From Candidatus Sericytochromatia bacterium (lineage in GTDB: Bacteria; Cyanobacteriota; Sericytochromatia; S15B-MN24; VGJW01), in the NCBI GenBank assembly GCA_035285865.1, contig JAYKHS010000028.1:128001-192000 (forward strand): a DNA stretch of 64,000 nt, written 5' to 3'. This document shows, piece by piece, positions 12,225 to 21,928 of this stretch. Each line of letters begins with the position of its first letter. Positions within the stretch are counted from its first letter, which is position 1. The position numbers and the translations under genes were made by a program. The notes under the pieces are model-generated. The model saw only the letters and a list, made by a program, of their open reading frames with translations, searched no databases and was not told the origin of the DNA.

Positions 12225-13246
12225 TGTCCCCGGTGTCAGCGGGGCTCGGGCGGACAGCAACCGGTCTGCTCCTGGGCGCGATTCTGCTGGTCGGACCGCA
12301 TATCGGTCCTGCCGCACAGGCAGAGGCTCTCGGTCCTTTGGCGCACCTCGAGCAGCGCGCGCGGGCTACGGACGCCGATCAGGTACGTGTCGTCCATCGC
12401 GGGCGTGTCCTGCTGGATCGACAGACAGGTCCGGTAGGTGGCCCGATCGATACGTGGTCCGTCACCAAGGGGGTGGCAGGCCTGGTGCTGGGCCCTCTGC
12501 TTGAATCGGGGCGTATCGGTTCGCTTGACTGGCCGTTGTCGCACTGGTTTCCGGGCCAGCTCCGGGGACGAGGTCGCAAGGCCACTTTGCGTCACGTGCT
12601 CGAGCACGCTTCGGGTCTGGCTTCTTCCGACATGGTTGGGCCGCTGAATCGTGCGCCCGACCGCGTGGCTCGGGCACTTGCTGGCGGCTTCGTGGATGAA
12701 CCGGGCACGGTTTTTGCCTACAACAACGAAGCGACAGCCCTGCTGGCAGCCATCATTGCCCAAGCCGCGGGGATGCCTGCAGACCGATGGACCGAGCGCG
12801 TGCTCTTCCGTCCCTTGGGCATTCGGCGCTGGTCCTGGACCCGGGATCGTGCCGGTCATCCCCCCACGTATTCGGGGCTGGCTCTGACCGCAACCGATCT
12901 GGCACGGATTGGCGAGATGCTGGCTGCCGATGGTGTCTGGAAGGGGCAGCGCGTCATGCCAGCCGAGTGGATCCGGACGATGACCACCCCCAATCGCTTG
13001 CTTCCGTCCGCCGGACTGCTCTGGTGGTTGCTGGGGGATACGCGACCGGAGGCTGCCGGTCCCCGGCGCCAGGCCTTCCTTGCCGATGGCTGGCTTGGCC
13101 AGTACCTGGTGGTCTTCCCTCGGGAGGGCCTGGTTGCCGTAAGGCTCCGCGCCCGGCGAAACGACGACACCCTTGCCGCGCGCCAGCGTCACGCCCAGGA
13201 AGACTTCATCGAGGACGCCTGGCGCCTGGCACAGACTTTACGCTGA
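12224..13246 (+). CDS. Serine hydrolase, class C beta-lactamase-like family, exported
   Basis: SVTK (SxxK), FAYNN (YxN), DLARIG, ADGWLGQ; ATG overlaps the rhodanese stop. Confidence 0.85.
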   Translation: MSPVSAGLGRTATGLLLGAILLVGPHIGPAAQAEALGPLAHLEQRARATDADQVRVVHRGRVLLDRQTGPVGGPIDTWSVTKGVAGLVLGPLLESGRIGSLDWPLSHWFPGQLRGRGRKATLRHVLEHASGLASSDMVGPLNRAPDRVARALAGGFVDEPGTVFAYNNEATALLAAIIAQAAGMPADRWTERVLFRPLGIRRWSWTRDRAGHPPTYSGLALTATDLARIGEMLAADGVWKGQRVMPAEWIRTMTTPNRLLPSAGLLWWLLGDTRPEAAGPRRQAFLADGWLGQYLVVFPREGLVAVRLRARRNDDTLAARQRHAQEDFIEDAWRLAQTLR

Positions 13247-13582
13247 GTCATCCGCCGCAAGGTGGCGCGTGGTGCGTCGCAGCCATTTGCGTGTCCCGAA
13301 GGTATCCCCGGAAGCCGAACCTGTAGCCAGGGGAGCACGTGCCGGAAGCCCTTGGATACTGCGCAGGTGGCGGTCCTGGAGGCCGGAGTCCTCCATGGCT
13401 TGCATCAGGCGCCGAGCAGCGTCCGAGAGCGCCTTGAGCGCACGCAGCCTTTGCACGCGGGCGGCTGGCTGCCCTTGGATGAGCTGAATGGCAGAGAGCA
13501 GTTGTCCATGCCCGCCGGGACCGACGAACGGACGCGTGCCTTGGGCGGGGCGGGGGGAGTCCTGAAAAGGTAAAGTTCGCAC
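13238..13582 (-). CDS. Hypothetical protein
   Basis: 114-aa ORF filling the gap, with a TTCA-N7-TTAA box upstream at 13633-13647; no motif recognised. Confidence 0.4.
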   Translation of the reverse strand: MRTLPFQDSPRPAQGTRPFVGPGGHGQLLSAIQLIQGQPAARVQRLRALKALSDAARRLMQAMEDSGLQDRHLRSIQGLPARAPLATGSASGDTFGTRKWLRRTTRHLAADDSA

Positions 13583-13678
13583 AGAGGCCTTGTCGGTCGA
13601 TGACCCGCTCGTCGGAAGCTTTCCGCTCGATTTTCAGCGAGCCTTAACCCGCATCGGCGCGTTCTCGCCCAAAGACAA

Positions 13679-13715
13679 CGGGCGCCTCGTCTGCGGAAGG
13701 ATGACGAAGCGCCCG
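13679..13715 (-). terminator. Intrinsic terminator after S8 gene
   Basis: CGGGCGCCTCGTC / GACGAAGCGCCCG stem followed by TTGTCTTT on the minus strand. Confidence 0.7.
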
Positions 13716-13729
13716 CCTGAATCCGTGGC

Positions 13730-14989
13730 TTAGAGCTGGACGGCCTTGAGTGCGTTGATGCGGCCGTGGCCGAAACGGACGTCGAAACCGAGGCCGCCCT
13801 TGTCCTCGGTAGCCTTGTGCAGCAGCTCCTTGACGTCGGCCTGCTTGAGTTCGGGGTGCTGGCTGCGGATCAAGGCCACGACACCGGCCGCGCCAGGGGC
13901 CGCCATGCTGGTGCCGCTCATCTTGCCGTACTTGCCATTGGGCAGGGTCGAGATGATGTCGACGCCGGGGGCCGCGACGGTGACGGTCTTGCCCCAGTTG
14001 CTGAAGGAAGCGGTCTTGTCCTTGCTGTCCGTGGCGGCCACCTCGATGACGCCGGGGTAGGTCGAGGGCAGGTGGGGCTTCTTGACGGGGTCGTTCTCCG
14101 CACCATTATTGCCGGCAGAGGCCACGATCGAGCAGTCCCGATCGAGGGCATACTGCAGGGCCTCCTCGATGACCTTGTCCGAGCGATAGATGCCGAGGCT
14201 GGCGCTGATGACCTTGGCGCCCTGATCAGCGGCGTAGATGAAGCCGGCGGCGATGGACTTGGAATCGCCGGAACCGTTGGCGTCCAGGACCTGAATGGCC
14301 ATCAGCGAGACGCCGGGAGCCATGCCTGCACCGCCTTCGCGGTTGTTCGCGGCTGCCGCGGCGATGCCGGCGGTATGCGTGCCGTGGCCGTGGCTGTCGG
14401 AAACCTTGGCATCCTTGGTGAAGACGTTGTAGAGGCCGACTTGGGGATCGAGCTGCGGCACCAGGTCAGGATGCTTGGGGTCGATGCCGGTGTCGACGAC
14501 CGCGAGGCGAACCGACTTCTGTCCGGGCTGGATGTCCCACGCCTTCTCGGCTTCGGTAAGCGCCAGATGGTACTGGGCGCCGGCCTGGGGATCGTTCAGG
14601 ACGAACTTCGGGGCGAAAGCGGCGGGGAGGAAGGTCTCCACGCTCACCGGCCGATCGAAGGTGTAGCGGCGATTCAGCGAGGCGCCGGCGACGCCGGACT
14701 TGCCGGCGAGGGCGGCCACTACGGCCTCTGGCGACTGACCCTGGGGCACGGCCACGCTGATCACGCCGAGCCGCTCGAGGCTGCGATCGAGAACCTTGTA
14801 GGGAAGCGCGGCATCGGCCATCGGGTTTGCCAGTCGGACGAGCACTTCACGCGTCGAGACGCCATCTGCCCGGAAGTCGCCCTGGCGAAGGCCGGCGATC
14901 TGCAGACCGGGCTGCGTGGCGACGGCCGCGCCGCAGCCGGCGAGGACAGAGGCAGTGACGCTGGCGGCGACGAGAGCACGCATCTTCAC
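13730..14989 (-). CDS. S8 subtilase lipoprotein (thermitase-like)
   Basis: Lipobox LAGC; VVDTG, HGTHTAG, AGN, SGTSMA; GTG start after AGGAG. Confidence 0.95.
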   Translation of the reverse strand: MKMRALVAASVTASVLAGCGAAVATQPGLQIAGLRQGDFRADGVSTREVLVRLANPMADAALPYKVLDRSLERLGVISVAVPQGQSPEAVVAALAGKSGVAGASLNRRYTFDRPVSVETFLPAAFAPKFVLNDPQAGAQYHLALTEAEKAWDIQPGQKSVRLAVVDTGIDPKHPDLVPQLDPQVGLYNVFTKDAKVSDSHGHGTHTAGIAAAAANNREGGAGMAPGVSLMAIQVLDANGSGDSKSIAAGFIYAADQGAKVISASLGIYRSDKVIEEALQYALDRDCSIVASAGNNGAENDPVKKPHLPSTYPGVIEVAATDSKDKTASFSNWGKTVTVAAPGVDIISTLPNGKYGKMSGTSMAAPGAAGVVALIRSQHPELKQADVKELLHKATEDKGGLGFDVRFGHGRINALKAVQL

Positions 14990-15033
14990 GGGGAACTCCT
15001 GAGGGGGGCAGCTGAGGGTTACTTGTCTCGATA

Positions 15034-15048
15034 TTAACAGACTTTTAA
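15034..15048. promoter_or_regulatory. TTAA-N7-TTAA box
   Basis: TTAAcagacttTTAA, 45 bp upstream of the S8 start. Confidence 0.6.
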
Positions 15049-15087
15049 TGGTCGTCAATACTTTTTAGAAAGATTCTCCAGAAAGCC

Positions 15088-15123
15088 GAAAACCCCGTGG
15101 CCACAAGGGTCATCGGGGTTTTC
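15088..15123 (-). terminator. Hairpin terminator after the M16 operon
   Basis: GAAAACCCCG..CGGGGTTTTC inverted repeat. Confidence 0.65.
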
Positions 15124-15166
15124 CCGCGCGCTTCGCCGGTGTCGGATTATTAAATCCGTGTCTCGT

Positions 15167-16597
15167 TCAGTCCAGCAGGCTCGTCGCCTCGGTGCGGGTC
15201 ACGGTGCCGAAGCGCCCGAGGCCTGGCGCAACGGATTCCTCAGGGCCTACCACCGTCAGGCTGTAGCGGCCGGTCCTCAGGTATTGCGCGGCAACCCCCT
15301 GGATGCGGGAAGCCGTCAGGCTGCGGATCCGCTCCGGATAGGCCCGGAACCAGTCTTCGCCCAGATCGTGGAACCGCATCGCCGCGACCTGCCCGGCCAC
15401 GTCCGCGCCGGATTCGAACCGGCTGCCCCAGGATCCTGTCAGGTACTCCTTCGCGGCTTCGAGCTCCGTCCGGGTCGGGCCTTGCTCGGCCATCCGCCGC
15501 ATCTGCCCGAGCAGGCTGTCGATGGCCTTGCCGGCACTGGCCGTCTTGGTCTGCAGTTCCAGGACGAGGCGACCCTCTGCGGCCTGAGCCTGTTGGGAGG
15601 CGTAGGCGCCGTACGCGAGGCCCTGCTTGTCCCGGATGTCGGCGTAGAGGCGTCCGCGAGACGAGCCTCCGAGGATGTAGGCCATCACCGCGAGGGGCAG
15701 ATGGTCGGGATGGCGACGCGCCACCGAGGGCAGGTCCAGCTGGATGTAGGCCTGGGTCACGGGCATCGGCACGAAGAGCACCCGGCGTCCGGCCGAGACG
15801 CGGTGGGGCGGCAGGGGGCGGGCCGCATCCGCCCGGGGGCCTTCGCGCCAGCTCCCGAGCGCCGTGCGTAGCGCAGTTGCCAGGCGCTGCGGATCCAGGT
15901 CGCCGACGGCCACGAACTCGATGTTGCCCGGACGGATGGCCGTGTCGCGGAAGCGGAGAAGGTCGGCGGTCGTGATGGCTCCGAGGCCACTCCGCGTTCC
16001 TTGGCCAGGATGCGCGTATGGATGGGTGCCGAAGTGATTACGGGCAGCAGCCAGGCCCACGATGGCATTGGCGTCATCGAGGGTGCTGCGCATGGCCGCA
16101 AGGCGCTGGTCGCGCGCCAACTCGAGCTCGGCCGCGGGAAAGTCGGGTCGCGTCAGCATGTCGGCCAGCAGCGTGGTGCCGAGGTCCAGATGCTCGGACA
16201 GGCCGGTGAATCGCACGAGCATGCGATCGTCGTCGACTTCGACTGCCACGTCCGCCCCCACGGCATCGAGCATCTCGTCGATCTCGGCACCGGTACGGCC
16301 GGCTGCGCCACGCTTGAGCAGGGCCCCGGCCAAGCTCGCGAGGCCGATGCGGTCTTGGGGATCCTGGGCCGACCCGGTGCGGACGAGCGCCAGCAGGGTC
16401 ACGACAGGCATGCCGGGGCGACGCACGACGTGCAGCGGCAGGCCCGAGCCGATGGTCAGCTTCTCGGGGCGCGGCAGGGCATCGCTCGCCCGGGCAAGCT
16501 GGCCGGGGGCGGCGCTGGCCGCGAGCGGTCCTCCGACGATCGTACCCGAGGCGAGCCCGAGCACGGCGACCATCAGGCCAAGTGGTGAACGCGGCAT
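15167..16597 (-). CDS. M16B peptidase, non-catalytic subunit
   Basis: No HxxEH; HPY, SSRGRLYADIRDKQGLAY (R/Y pair); signal peptide. Confidence 0.9.
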   Translation of the reverse strand: MPRSPLGLMVAVLGLASGTIVGGPLAASAAPGQLARASDALPRPEKLTIGSGLPLHVVRRPGMPVVTLLALVRTGSAQDPQDRIGLASLAGALLKRGAAGRTGAEIDEMLDAVGADVAVEVDDDRMLVRFTGLSEHLDLGTTLLADMLTRPDFPAAELELARDQRLAAMRSTLDDANAIVGLAAARNHFGTHPYAHPGQGTRSGLGAITTADLLRFRDTAIRPGNIEFVAVGDLDPQRLATALRTALGSWREGPRADAARPLPPHRVSAGRRVLFVPMPVTQAYIQLDLPSVARRHPDHLPLAVMAYILGGSSRGRLYADIRDKQGLAYGAYASQQAQAAEGRLVLELQTKTASAGKAIDSLLGQMRRMAEQGPTRTELEAAKEYLTGSWGSRFESGADVAGQVAAMRFHDLGEDWFRAYPERIRSLTASRIQGVAAQYLRTGRYSLTVVGPEESVAPGLGRFGTVTRTEATSLLD

Positions 16598-16598
16598 C

Positions 16599-17969
16599 TC
16601 AGCGGCCCCCAGTCTCGCCGGAACCCGTGGCATCGGGCTCGAGGACAATCACGGAACGATTGGCCTTGCGGAAGGTTCGCGCCGCGACCTCGCGGACCTT
16701 TTCCGGTGTCACGGCCGCGAGACCCGGGACCACGTCGAACGCTCGGCGCCAGTCCCCGAGCATGGCGGCGGTGCCAAGCTCGATGCCAAGGTCGTGGTTT
16801 TTTTCCATGCCCATCAGGTGGGCCGCCCGTGCCTGGTCGAAGGCCTTCTGGCGCTCCCGCTCGGTGATGGGCTCCCGGGCCAGACGGTCCAGGGCAGCCT
16901 GCAGTTCCATTTCGAGTTCTTCCGCGGTGTGACCGGGCATCGGCACGGCATACACGAGGAAAAGTCCGGGGTCGAGTCCGGCCATCGCGCTGGCGCCCAC
17001 GTCCTGGGCCAGTTTGCGGGTATCCACCAGGTCCTTCTGCAGGCGCGAGGAGCGCCCTGAGGACAGGATGCGCTCGGCCATCACGAGGGCATGGTAGTCC
17101 GCATCCGCGCGATTGCCGATGTGATAGGCGAGCATGACGGCAGGTGCCTGCACCGGTCGTAGGAGCGTGGTCCGGCGCTCGCCGCGCTGCGGAGGCTCCA
17201 CGGGAACCGCCCGGTCGACCTTGGGGCCACGCGGGATGTTCCCGAACGCCGTCGCGACACTCCGGAAGGCGACGTCCGGCTTGACGTCCCCGGTCACGAC
17301 GACGACGGCCTGGTCAGGGTGATAGTGCCGCTTGTAGTAGGCCATGGCCCGGTCCCGGGTCATCCGATCGAGGTCGTCCATCCAACCGACGACGGGCCAT
17401 CGGTAGGGATGCTGGACATAGGCGGTGGCGCCGAGCATCTCCCACATCATCCCGAAGGGGTCGTTCTCTGTACGCCAGCGTCGCTCCTCCTTGACCACCG
17501 AGAGTTCCGAACCGAATTTTTCGGTCGGCATGAGCAGGCCGCGCATCCGGTCCGCCTCGAGCGAGGCCGCAAGCGCGAGGCGATCCGCCGGCAGGTCGAC
17601 GTAGTAGGCCGTGAAGTCCTCGGTGGTGAAGGCATTGTTGCTGCCGCCGTTGCGTTCGACCAGCTCGTCGTAGCGACCGGTCGGATAACCGGGCGAGCCT
17701 TGGAACATCAGGTGTTCGACGAGGTGCGAGATGCCGGACTCGCCGATGGCCTCGTCTCTGGAGCCTGCGCGATACCAGACCTGAAAGCTGATCAGCGGGG
17801 CGTGATGGCGCGGGGCCACCAACACCTCGAGTCCGTTCGCCAGCTTGCGCTGATGAACGACCACGCCATCGGCATCCGCTCGTGCATGCTTTGCGAGGGC
17901 AGGCACGGCAACGACAAGCCCGGCGAGTGCCAGGGCCCAGGCAACGACTCGTCGCGACATCGGTGTCAC
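16599..17969 (-). CDS. M16B peptidase, catalytic subunit
   Basis: [11 protein letters not shown] (HxxEH), [20 protein letters not shown]; signal peptide. Confidence 0.93.
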   Translation of the reverse strand: MTPMSRRVVAWALALAGLVVAVPALAKHARADADGVVVHQRKLANGLEVLVAPRHHAPLISFQVWYRAGSRDEAIGESGISHLVEHLMFQGSPGYPTGRYDELVERNGGSNNAFTTEDFTAYYVDLPADRLALAASLEADRMRGLLMPTEKFGSELSVVKEERRWRTENDPFGMMWEMLGATAYVQHPYRWPVVGWMDDLDRMTRDRAMAYYKRHYHPDQAVVVVTGDVKPDVAFRSVATAFGNIPRGPKVDRAVPVEPPQRGERRTTLLRPVQAPAVMLAYHIGNRADADYHALVMAERILSSGRSSRLQKDLVDTRKLAQDVGASAMAGLDPGLFLVYAVPMPGHTAEELEMELQAALDRLAREPITERERQKAFDQARAAHLMGMEKNHDLGIELGTAAMLGDWRRAFDVVPGLAAVTPEKVREVAARTFRKANRSVIVLEPDATGSGETGGR

Positions 17970-18640
17970 GCCTCCTGTGGCTCGGGGAGCCGCATCTCGT
18001 GGACGTCCTCCGCCACCCGAAGCGGCACGCCGGTGCGGGCGCGGACTTCATCCACCGTGACTCCCGGGGCCGTCTCCAGCAGGACGAGGCCTTCCGAGTC
18101 CACCTCAATCACGGCCAAGTCCGACACGATTAGCGACACGCAGCCGCGTGCGGTGAGCGGCAGCGTGCATTCGGGCAAGATCTTGGGGCTGCCGTCCTTG
18201 GCGCAATGCTCCATCGCCACCACGACCCGTCGCGCCCCCGCCACGAGGTCCATCGCGCCACCCATCCCCTTGACCATCTTGCCGGGGATGAGCCAGTTGG
18301 CGAGATCGCCCTTCCCGGAGACCTGCATCGCGCCCAGCACCGTCAGGTCGACATGCCCGCCCCGGATCATGGCAAAGGAGTCAGCCGAGCTGAAGTATGC
18401 CGAGCCGGGCACATCCGTGATGGTCTGCTTGCCTGCGTTGATCAGATCCGGGTCTTCCTCGCCTTCGAAGGGAAAGGGACCGATGCCGAGCAGGCCATTC
18501 TCGCTCTGGAGGACCACGTCCATGCCGGCCGGTATGTGGTTGGCGACGAGGGTGGGGATACCGATCCCCAGGTTGACGTAGTAGCCGTCGCGCAGTTCCT
18601 GCGCGATGCGTCGGGCGATCTGATGCCTATCGAGGGCCAT
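17966..18640 (-). CDS. scoB: 3-oxoacid CoA-transferase subunit B
   Basis: [14 protein letters not shown] (catalytic Glu), GMGGAMDLV. Confidence 0.93.
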   Translation of the reverse strand: MALDRHQIARRIAQELRDGYYVNLGIGIPTLVANHIPAGMDVVLQSENGLLGIGPFPFEGEEDPDLINAGKQTITDVPGSAYFSSADSFAMIRGGHVDLTVLGAMQVSGKGDLANWLIPGKMVKGMGGAMDLVAGARRVVVAMEHCAKDGSPKILPECTLPLTARGCVSLIVSDLAVIEVDSEGLVLLETAPGVTVDEVRARTGVPLRVAEDVHEMRLPEPQEA

Positions 18641-18649
18641 GAGGTGCTC

Positions 18650-19366
18650 CTAAGCCCGGGCTGCCGCGCGGGGGCGTGTCGTGCGCTGCTCGATCCGCTT
18701 CTCGTAGTGCGTGCCGTGGATGATGCGTTGCACATAAATCCCCGGCGTATGCACGTGGTCGGGATCCAGCGTGCCGGGCTTCACCAGATGCTCGACCTCT
18801 GCCACCGTGACTCGGGCGGCTGTCGCCATCATCGGGTTGAAGTTGCGCGTGGTCTTGCGGTAGACAAGGTTGCCCGTCGTGTCGCCGGTCCACGCTTTGA
18901 CCACGGCGAGGTCGGCGAACAGCGCCCGCTCCATCACGTACCAGCGGCCGTCGAATTCGCGAGTTTCCTTGCCTTCGGCCACGAGCGTGCCGTAGCCCGT
19001 CGGGGTGTAGAAAGCCGGGATTCCGGCTCCGCCTGCGCGAATGCGTTCGGCGAGCGTCCCTTGCGGGACCAGTTCGATCTCGAGTTCGCCGGAGAGGACC
19101 AGTTCCTCGAAGAGCTTGTTCTCGCCCACGTAGGAACTGACCATCTTGCGGACCTGGCGCCGCTGCAGAAGCAGGCCGATCCCGAAGTCGTCCACGCCAG
19201 CATTGTTGGAGATGAAGGTCAGGTCACGGACCCCGGAATCCCGGATGGCCAGCAGCAGGTGCTCGGGCAGTCCGCACAGCCCGAAGCCGCCGGCCATGAT
19301 GGTCATGCCGTCGTGCAACAGGCCGGAAAGCGCCTCGACGGCGTCCTTGCGAACCTTGTTCATCAT
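18650..19366 (-). CDS. scoA: 3-oxoacid CoA-transferase subunit A
   Basis: MMNKV, GGFGLCG, SNNAG, PQGTLAERIRAGGAGIPAFYT; true start 19366 inside the longer ORF. Confidence 0.93.
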   Translation of the reverse strand: MMNKVRKDAVEALSGLLHDGMTIMAGGFGLCGLPEHLLLAIRDSGVRDLTFISNNAGVDDFGIGLLLQRRQVRKMVSSYVGENKLFEELVLSGELEIELVPQGTLAERIRAGGAGIPAFYTPTGYGTLVAEGKETREFDGRWYVMERALFADLAVVKAWTGDTTGNLVYRKTTRNFNPMMATAARVTVAEVEHLVKPGTLDPDHVHTPGIYVQRIIHGTHYEKRIEQRTTRPRAAARA

Positions 19367-20052
19367 TTGCCGTCCTGAAGGATCCGGGCCTTGACGATGC
19401 GATCGGGCTTCACGCCGGGCCGGGGAGCGTTGTCCGGCGTCATCGTGCGGGTCAGCTTGGCGAGCACGGCCTGGCCCTTGATGACCTGGCCGAAGACCAC
19501 GTAGCCCCCGATGGGCTGGCCCTTGTCGTCCAGCCGGGTGTCCAGCTGGGGCAGGGGCACGAAGTCGATGAAGAACTGGCTTCCGGCCGAGTCCAGCGAC
19601 GCAGAGCGCGCCATCCCGATGGCACCGGGGATGTGCTTGAGGGGCGTGCGCTCGAACCTGATGGTGTAGCCAGGGCCGCCAGTCCCGGTGCCGGTGGGGT
19701 CTCCGCCCTGGGCGACGAAGCCCTCGATGACCCGATGGAAGGGCGTGTTGTCGTAAAAGCCCTTGCGCACCAGACGCAGGAAATTGTCCGTGGTCTTGGG
19801 GGCGTCCTTCTCGAAGAGTCCGATGACGAGGTTGCCCTTGGTGGTCTGCACCTCGACCCTGCGGCCGAGGACCAGCTTCTTGCCTGCTGCCCCGGAGGCC
19901 GCGGCCAAGGCTTCCGCCTCTTCGGTCACGACCGTCGGCCGCTTGCGCTTGGTCTCCTGAGCAGGGACGGCCTTCTTCGCCGCCATCGCGGGCGCGGCCG
20001 CGACGGAAAGCAGGGTCAGGGCCACGAGGGCAGGCTTGATGCGACGGTGCAT
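19363..20052 (-). CDS. Exported cyclophilin-type peptidyl-prolyl isomerase
   Basis: APKTTDNF, FHRVIEGFVAQGGDP, GMAR, GSQFFI; signal peptide; AAGGAG RBS. Confidence 0.93.
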   Translation of the reverse strand: MHRRIKPALVALTLLSVAAAPAMAAKKAVPAQETKRKRPTVVTEEAEALAAASGAAGKKLVLGRRVEVQTTKGNLVIGLFEKDAPKTTDNFLRLVRKGFYDNTPFHRVIEGFVAQGGDPTGTGTGGPGYTIRFERTPLKHIPGAIGMARSASLDSAGSQFFIDFVPLPQLDTRLDDKGQPIGGYVVFGQVIKGQAVLAKLTRTMTPDNAPRPGVKPDRIVKARILQDGK

Positions 20053-20121
20053 GTTCGACTCCTTCACGATGCCCCACGATAACGCAACGGCAAGGAGATC
20101 GTCGAACGTCAGGGTGGGGTC

Positions 20122-20739
20122 ATGCCGCGTCGCGAAGATCTACCGGTACTCGTCGTCTGGGGCCTCGTGCTCGTGCTCGCCGTCCGTGCCTGGACCGCTG
20201 CGCCGGGCCTTGCGCCGACCCTGCTCGTGCTCTTCCAGGGGCTCGTGCTGAGACAGTTGCTTGGCCGGGCGCCTGCCGTCTCGCGGGGCGGCGTGCGTGC
20301 CACGCTGTTCGCCTTTCTGGGTACCGCCACACCTCTGCTGTTCCGCCCCGCCCCGGTGCCATGGCCGGAACCGTGGGCTCCGGCCGTGGCCGTCCTCGCA
20401 GGCCTCGTGCAGGTGTCTGGATTGCTGCTGATGCTGGCTGCCGTCGTGGCCTTGGGACGATCATTCGGGGTACGTCCGGCCTTGCGACGCCTCGTCACCA
20501 TCGGTCCCTACGCGCGGATGCGCCATCCGCTCTATGTCGGGGAGTGGCTTTGTGCGGCTGGCCTCTGCCTCGCCCATCCTTCGGCGTGGAATCTGCTGGT
20601 CCTTCTCTGTACCGGTTGCCTGTTGGCCCTGCGGGCGTGGCTCGAGGAGCGGGTGCTCGCGGCCGATTCGGCGTGGTCAGGCTATGCTCGGCGCGTGCCG
20701 GCGTGGCCTCGGCGGCTCAGGCAGCCCCCGGTGGCGTAG
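20122..20739 (+). CDS. Isoprenylcysteine carboxyl methyltransferase (ICMT/Ste14) family membrane protein
   Basis: LVTIGPYARMRHPLYVG, EERVL, YARRVP. Confidence 0.85.
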   Translation: MPRREDLPVLVVWGLVLVLAVRAWTAAPGLAPTLLVLFQGLVLRQLLGRAPAVSRGGVRATLFAFLGTATPLLFRPAPVPWPEPWAPAVAVLAGLVQVSGLLLMLAAVVALGRSFGVRPALRRLVTIGPYARMRHPLYVGEWLCAAGLCLAHPSAWNLLVLLCTGCLLALRAWLEERVLAADSAWSGYARRVPAWPRRLRQPPVA

Positions 20740-20749
20740 AATCGGAGGC

Positions 20750-21928
20750 ATGGAAGAACAGGAAGAGGGCAAGGGCAAGTCCAAGGGGCCGTCCCCTGTC
20801 GAGCGCATCAAGGCCCTGCTCGAGCGTTTCCCGTTGCCCAAGGTGGACATCGGCATCATCGCCGGTGCCCTGGTCATCGCCGGTCTCTCCGCCGGGGCGT
20901 CGGTGCTGGGCGTGCGGATCTTCATGCCCGAACATCAGGTCAAGATGGCCGCCCCGGGCCACGAGGTCCAGAAGGCCCGCCGCCTCAACCCCTTCGGCCT
21001 GCAGGGTTTCACCATCGGTCCGAACGTGCCCACGTCCTTCGTCACGCATCTGGCCGATCCGCAGGTTGCGGACGATGCCTTCGTCCACCCCCAGGCCACG
21101 GTCGTCGGTGCCGTGACGATCGAACCCGAGGTCCTCGTTGCGCCACAGGCGAGCATTCGCGGGGATGAGGGGCAGGGCATCCAACTTGCTACGGCTTCGG
21201 CCGTGCTCGACGGTGCCGTCATCACCGGCCGACCCACCGAGCAGCGGGGCCTTTTCCTCGAGCGCAACACCGTCCGTGTCAACTATGTGCGCTACTCGGT
21301 GCATGTCGGTGCACGCACGACGGTGGGGGCCCACGCCGTGCTGCGCGGTCCCGTGGCCCTGGGCGAGGACGTCTGGGTCGGTCCCCAGTCCGTCGTGGAC
21401 GATGCGACCATCGGTCGGGGATGCATCCTCGAACCGCGCGTGGTCGTGCAAGGTGGCGTCCGCATCGGAGAAGGGCGCTACGTGCCCGCTGGGCGCATCG
21501 TCTCGAACCAGGCCGAAGCCGATGCCCTGCCCGCAGTCACGGCGGCCTACGCAAGGCGAGACGAGGCCGTGCGTGCCGCAGAGGTGAACCGCAGCCTGGC
21601 CTTGGCTTATGGAGCACTCTATCCGCGATCCGGCCTCGAAGCGGTCGGCCACGACGCGCACCACGGCGACGCCGAGGGGCACGGTGCCCCGGTCCACGGC
21701 TCCCCGGCCCGCCAGCCGGTCACGCCTGAACACGAGCCTGTGGGCTCAGGCCATGATGCCGGTGCGGCCGAGGCTCCACCACCGGATACCCACGGCGCCT
21801 CGGAGCAAGGCACGGGCACCGATCATGCGGCGCCCCCCCCGGGGGTCCACGAGGAACATCTGCCGGCTCAGGGGACGCCGGCGGCCGCGCATGACGAGGG
21901 CAGCGCCCACGAGGGGCACGGACCCTAG
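20750..21928 (+). CDS. Membrane-anchored gamma-carbonic anhydrase (Cam/CcmM-N-like) homologue with His-rich tail
   Basis: TM helix; AFVHPQATVVGAV, ASIRGDEG, YSVHVG, RYVPAG..NQAEADALP, EVNRSLALAY; ATG after GGAGG. Confidence 0.8.
   Translation: MEEQEEGKGKSKGPSPVERIKALLERFPLPKVDIGIIAGALVIAGLSAGASVLGVRIFMPEHQVKMAAPGHEVQKARRLNPFGLQGFTIGPNVPTSFVTHLADPQVADDAFVHPQATVVGAVTIEPEVLVAPQASIRGDEGQGIQLATASAVLDGAVITGRPTEQRGLFLERNTVRVNYVRYSVHVGARTTVGAHAVLRGPVALGEDVWVGPQSVVDDATIGRGCILEPRVVVQGGVRIGEGRYVPAGRIVSNQAEADALPAVTAAYARRDEAVRAAEVNRSLALAYGALYPRSGLEAVGHDAHHGDAEGHGAPVHGSPARQPVTPEHEPVGSGHDAGAAEAPPPDTHGASEQGTGTDHAAPPPGVHEEHLPAQGTPAAAHDEGSAHEGHGP

Noticed and set aside
12224..13246. Beta-lactam resistance gene
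   Set aside because: SxxK/YxN hydrolase of the broad esterase/amidase group; no KTG motif; resistance cannot be inferred
19367..20077. Apparent 237-aa N-terminal extension of ScoA
   Set aside because: Alternative frame over the cyclophilin gene; ScoA starts at the ATGA overlap at 19366
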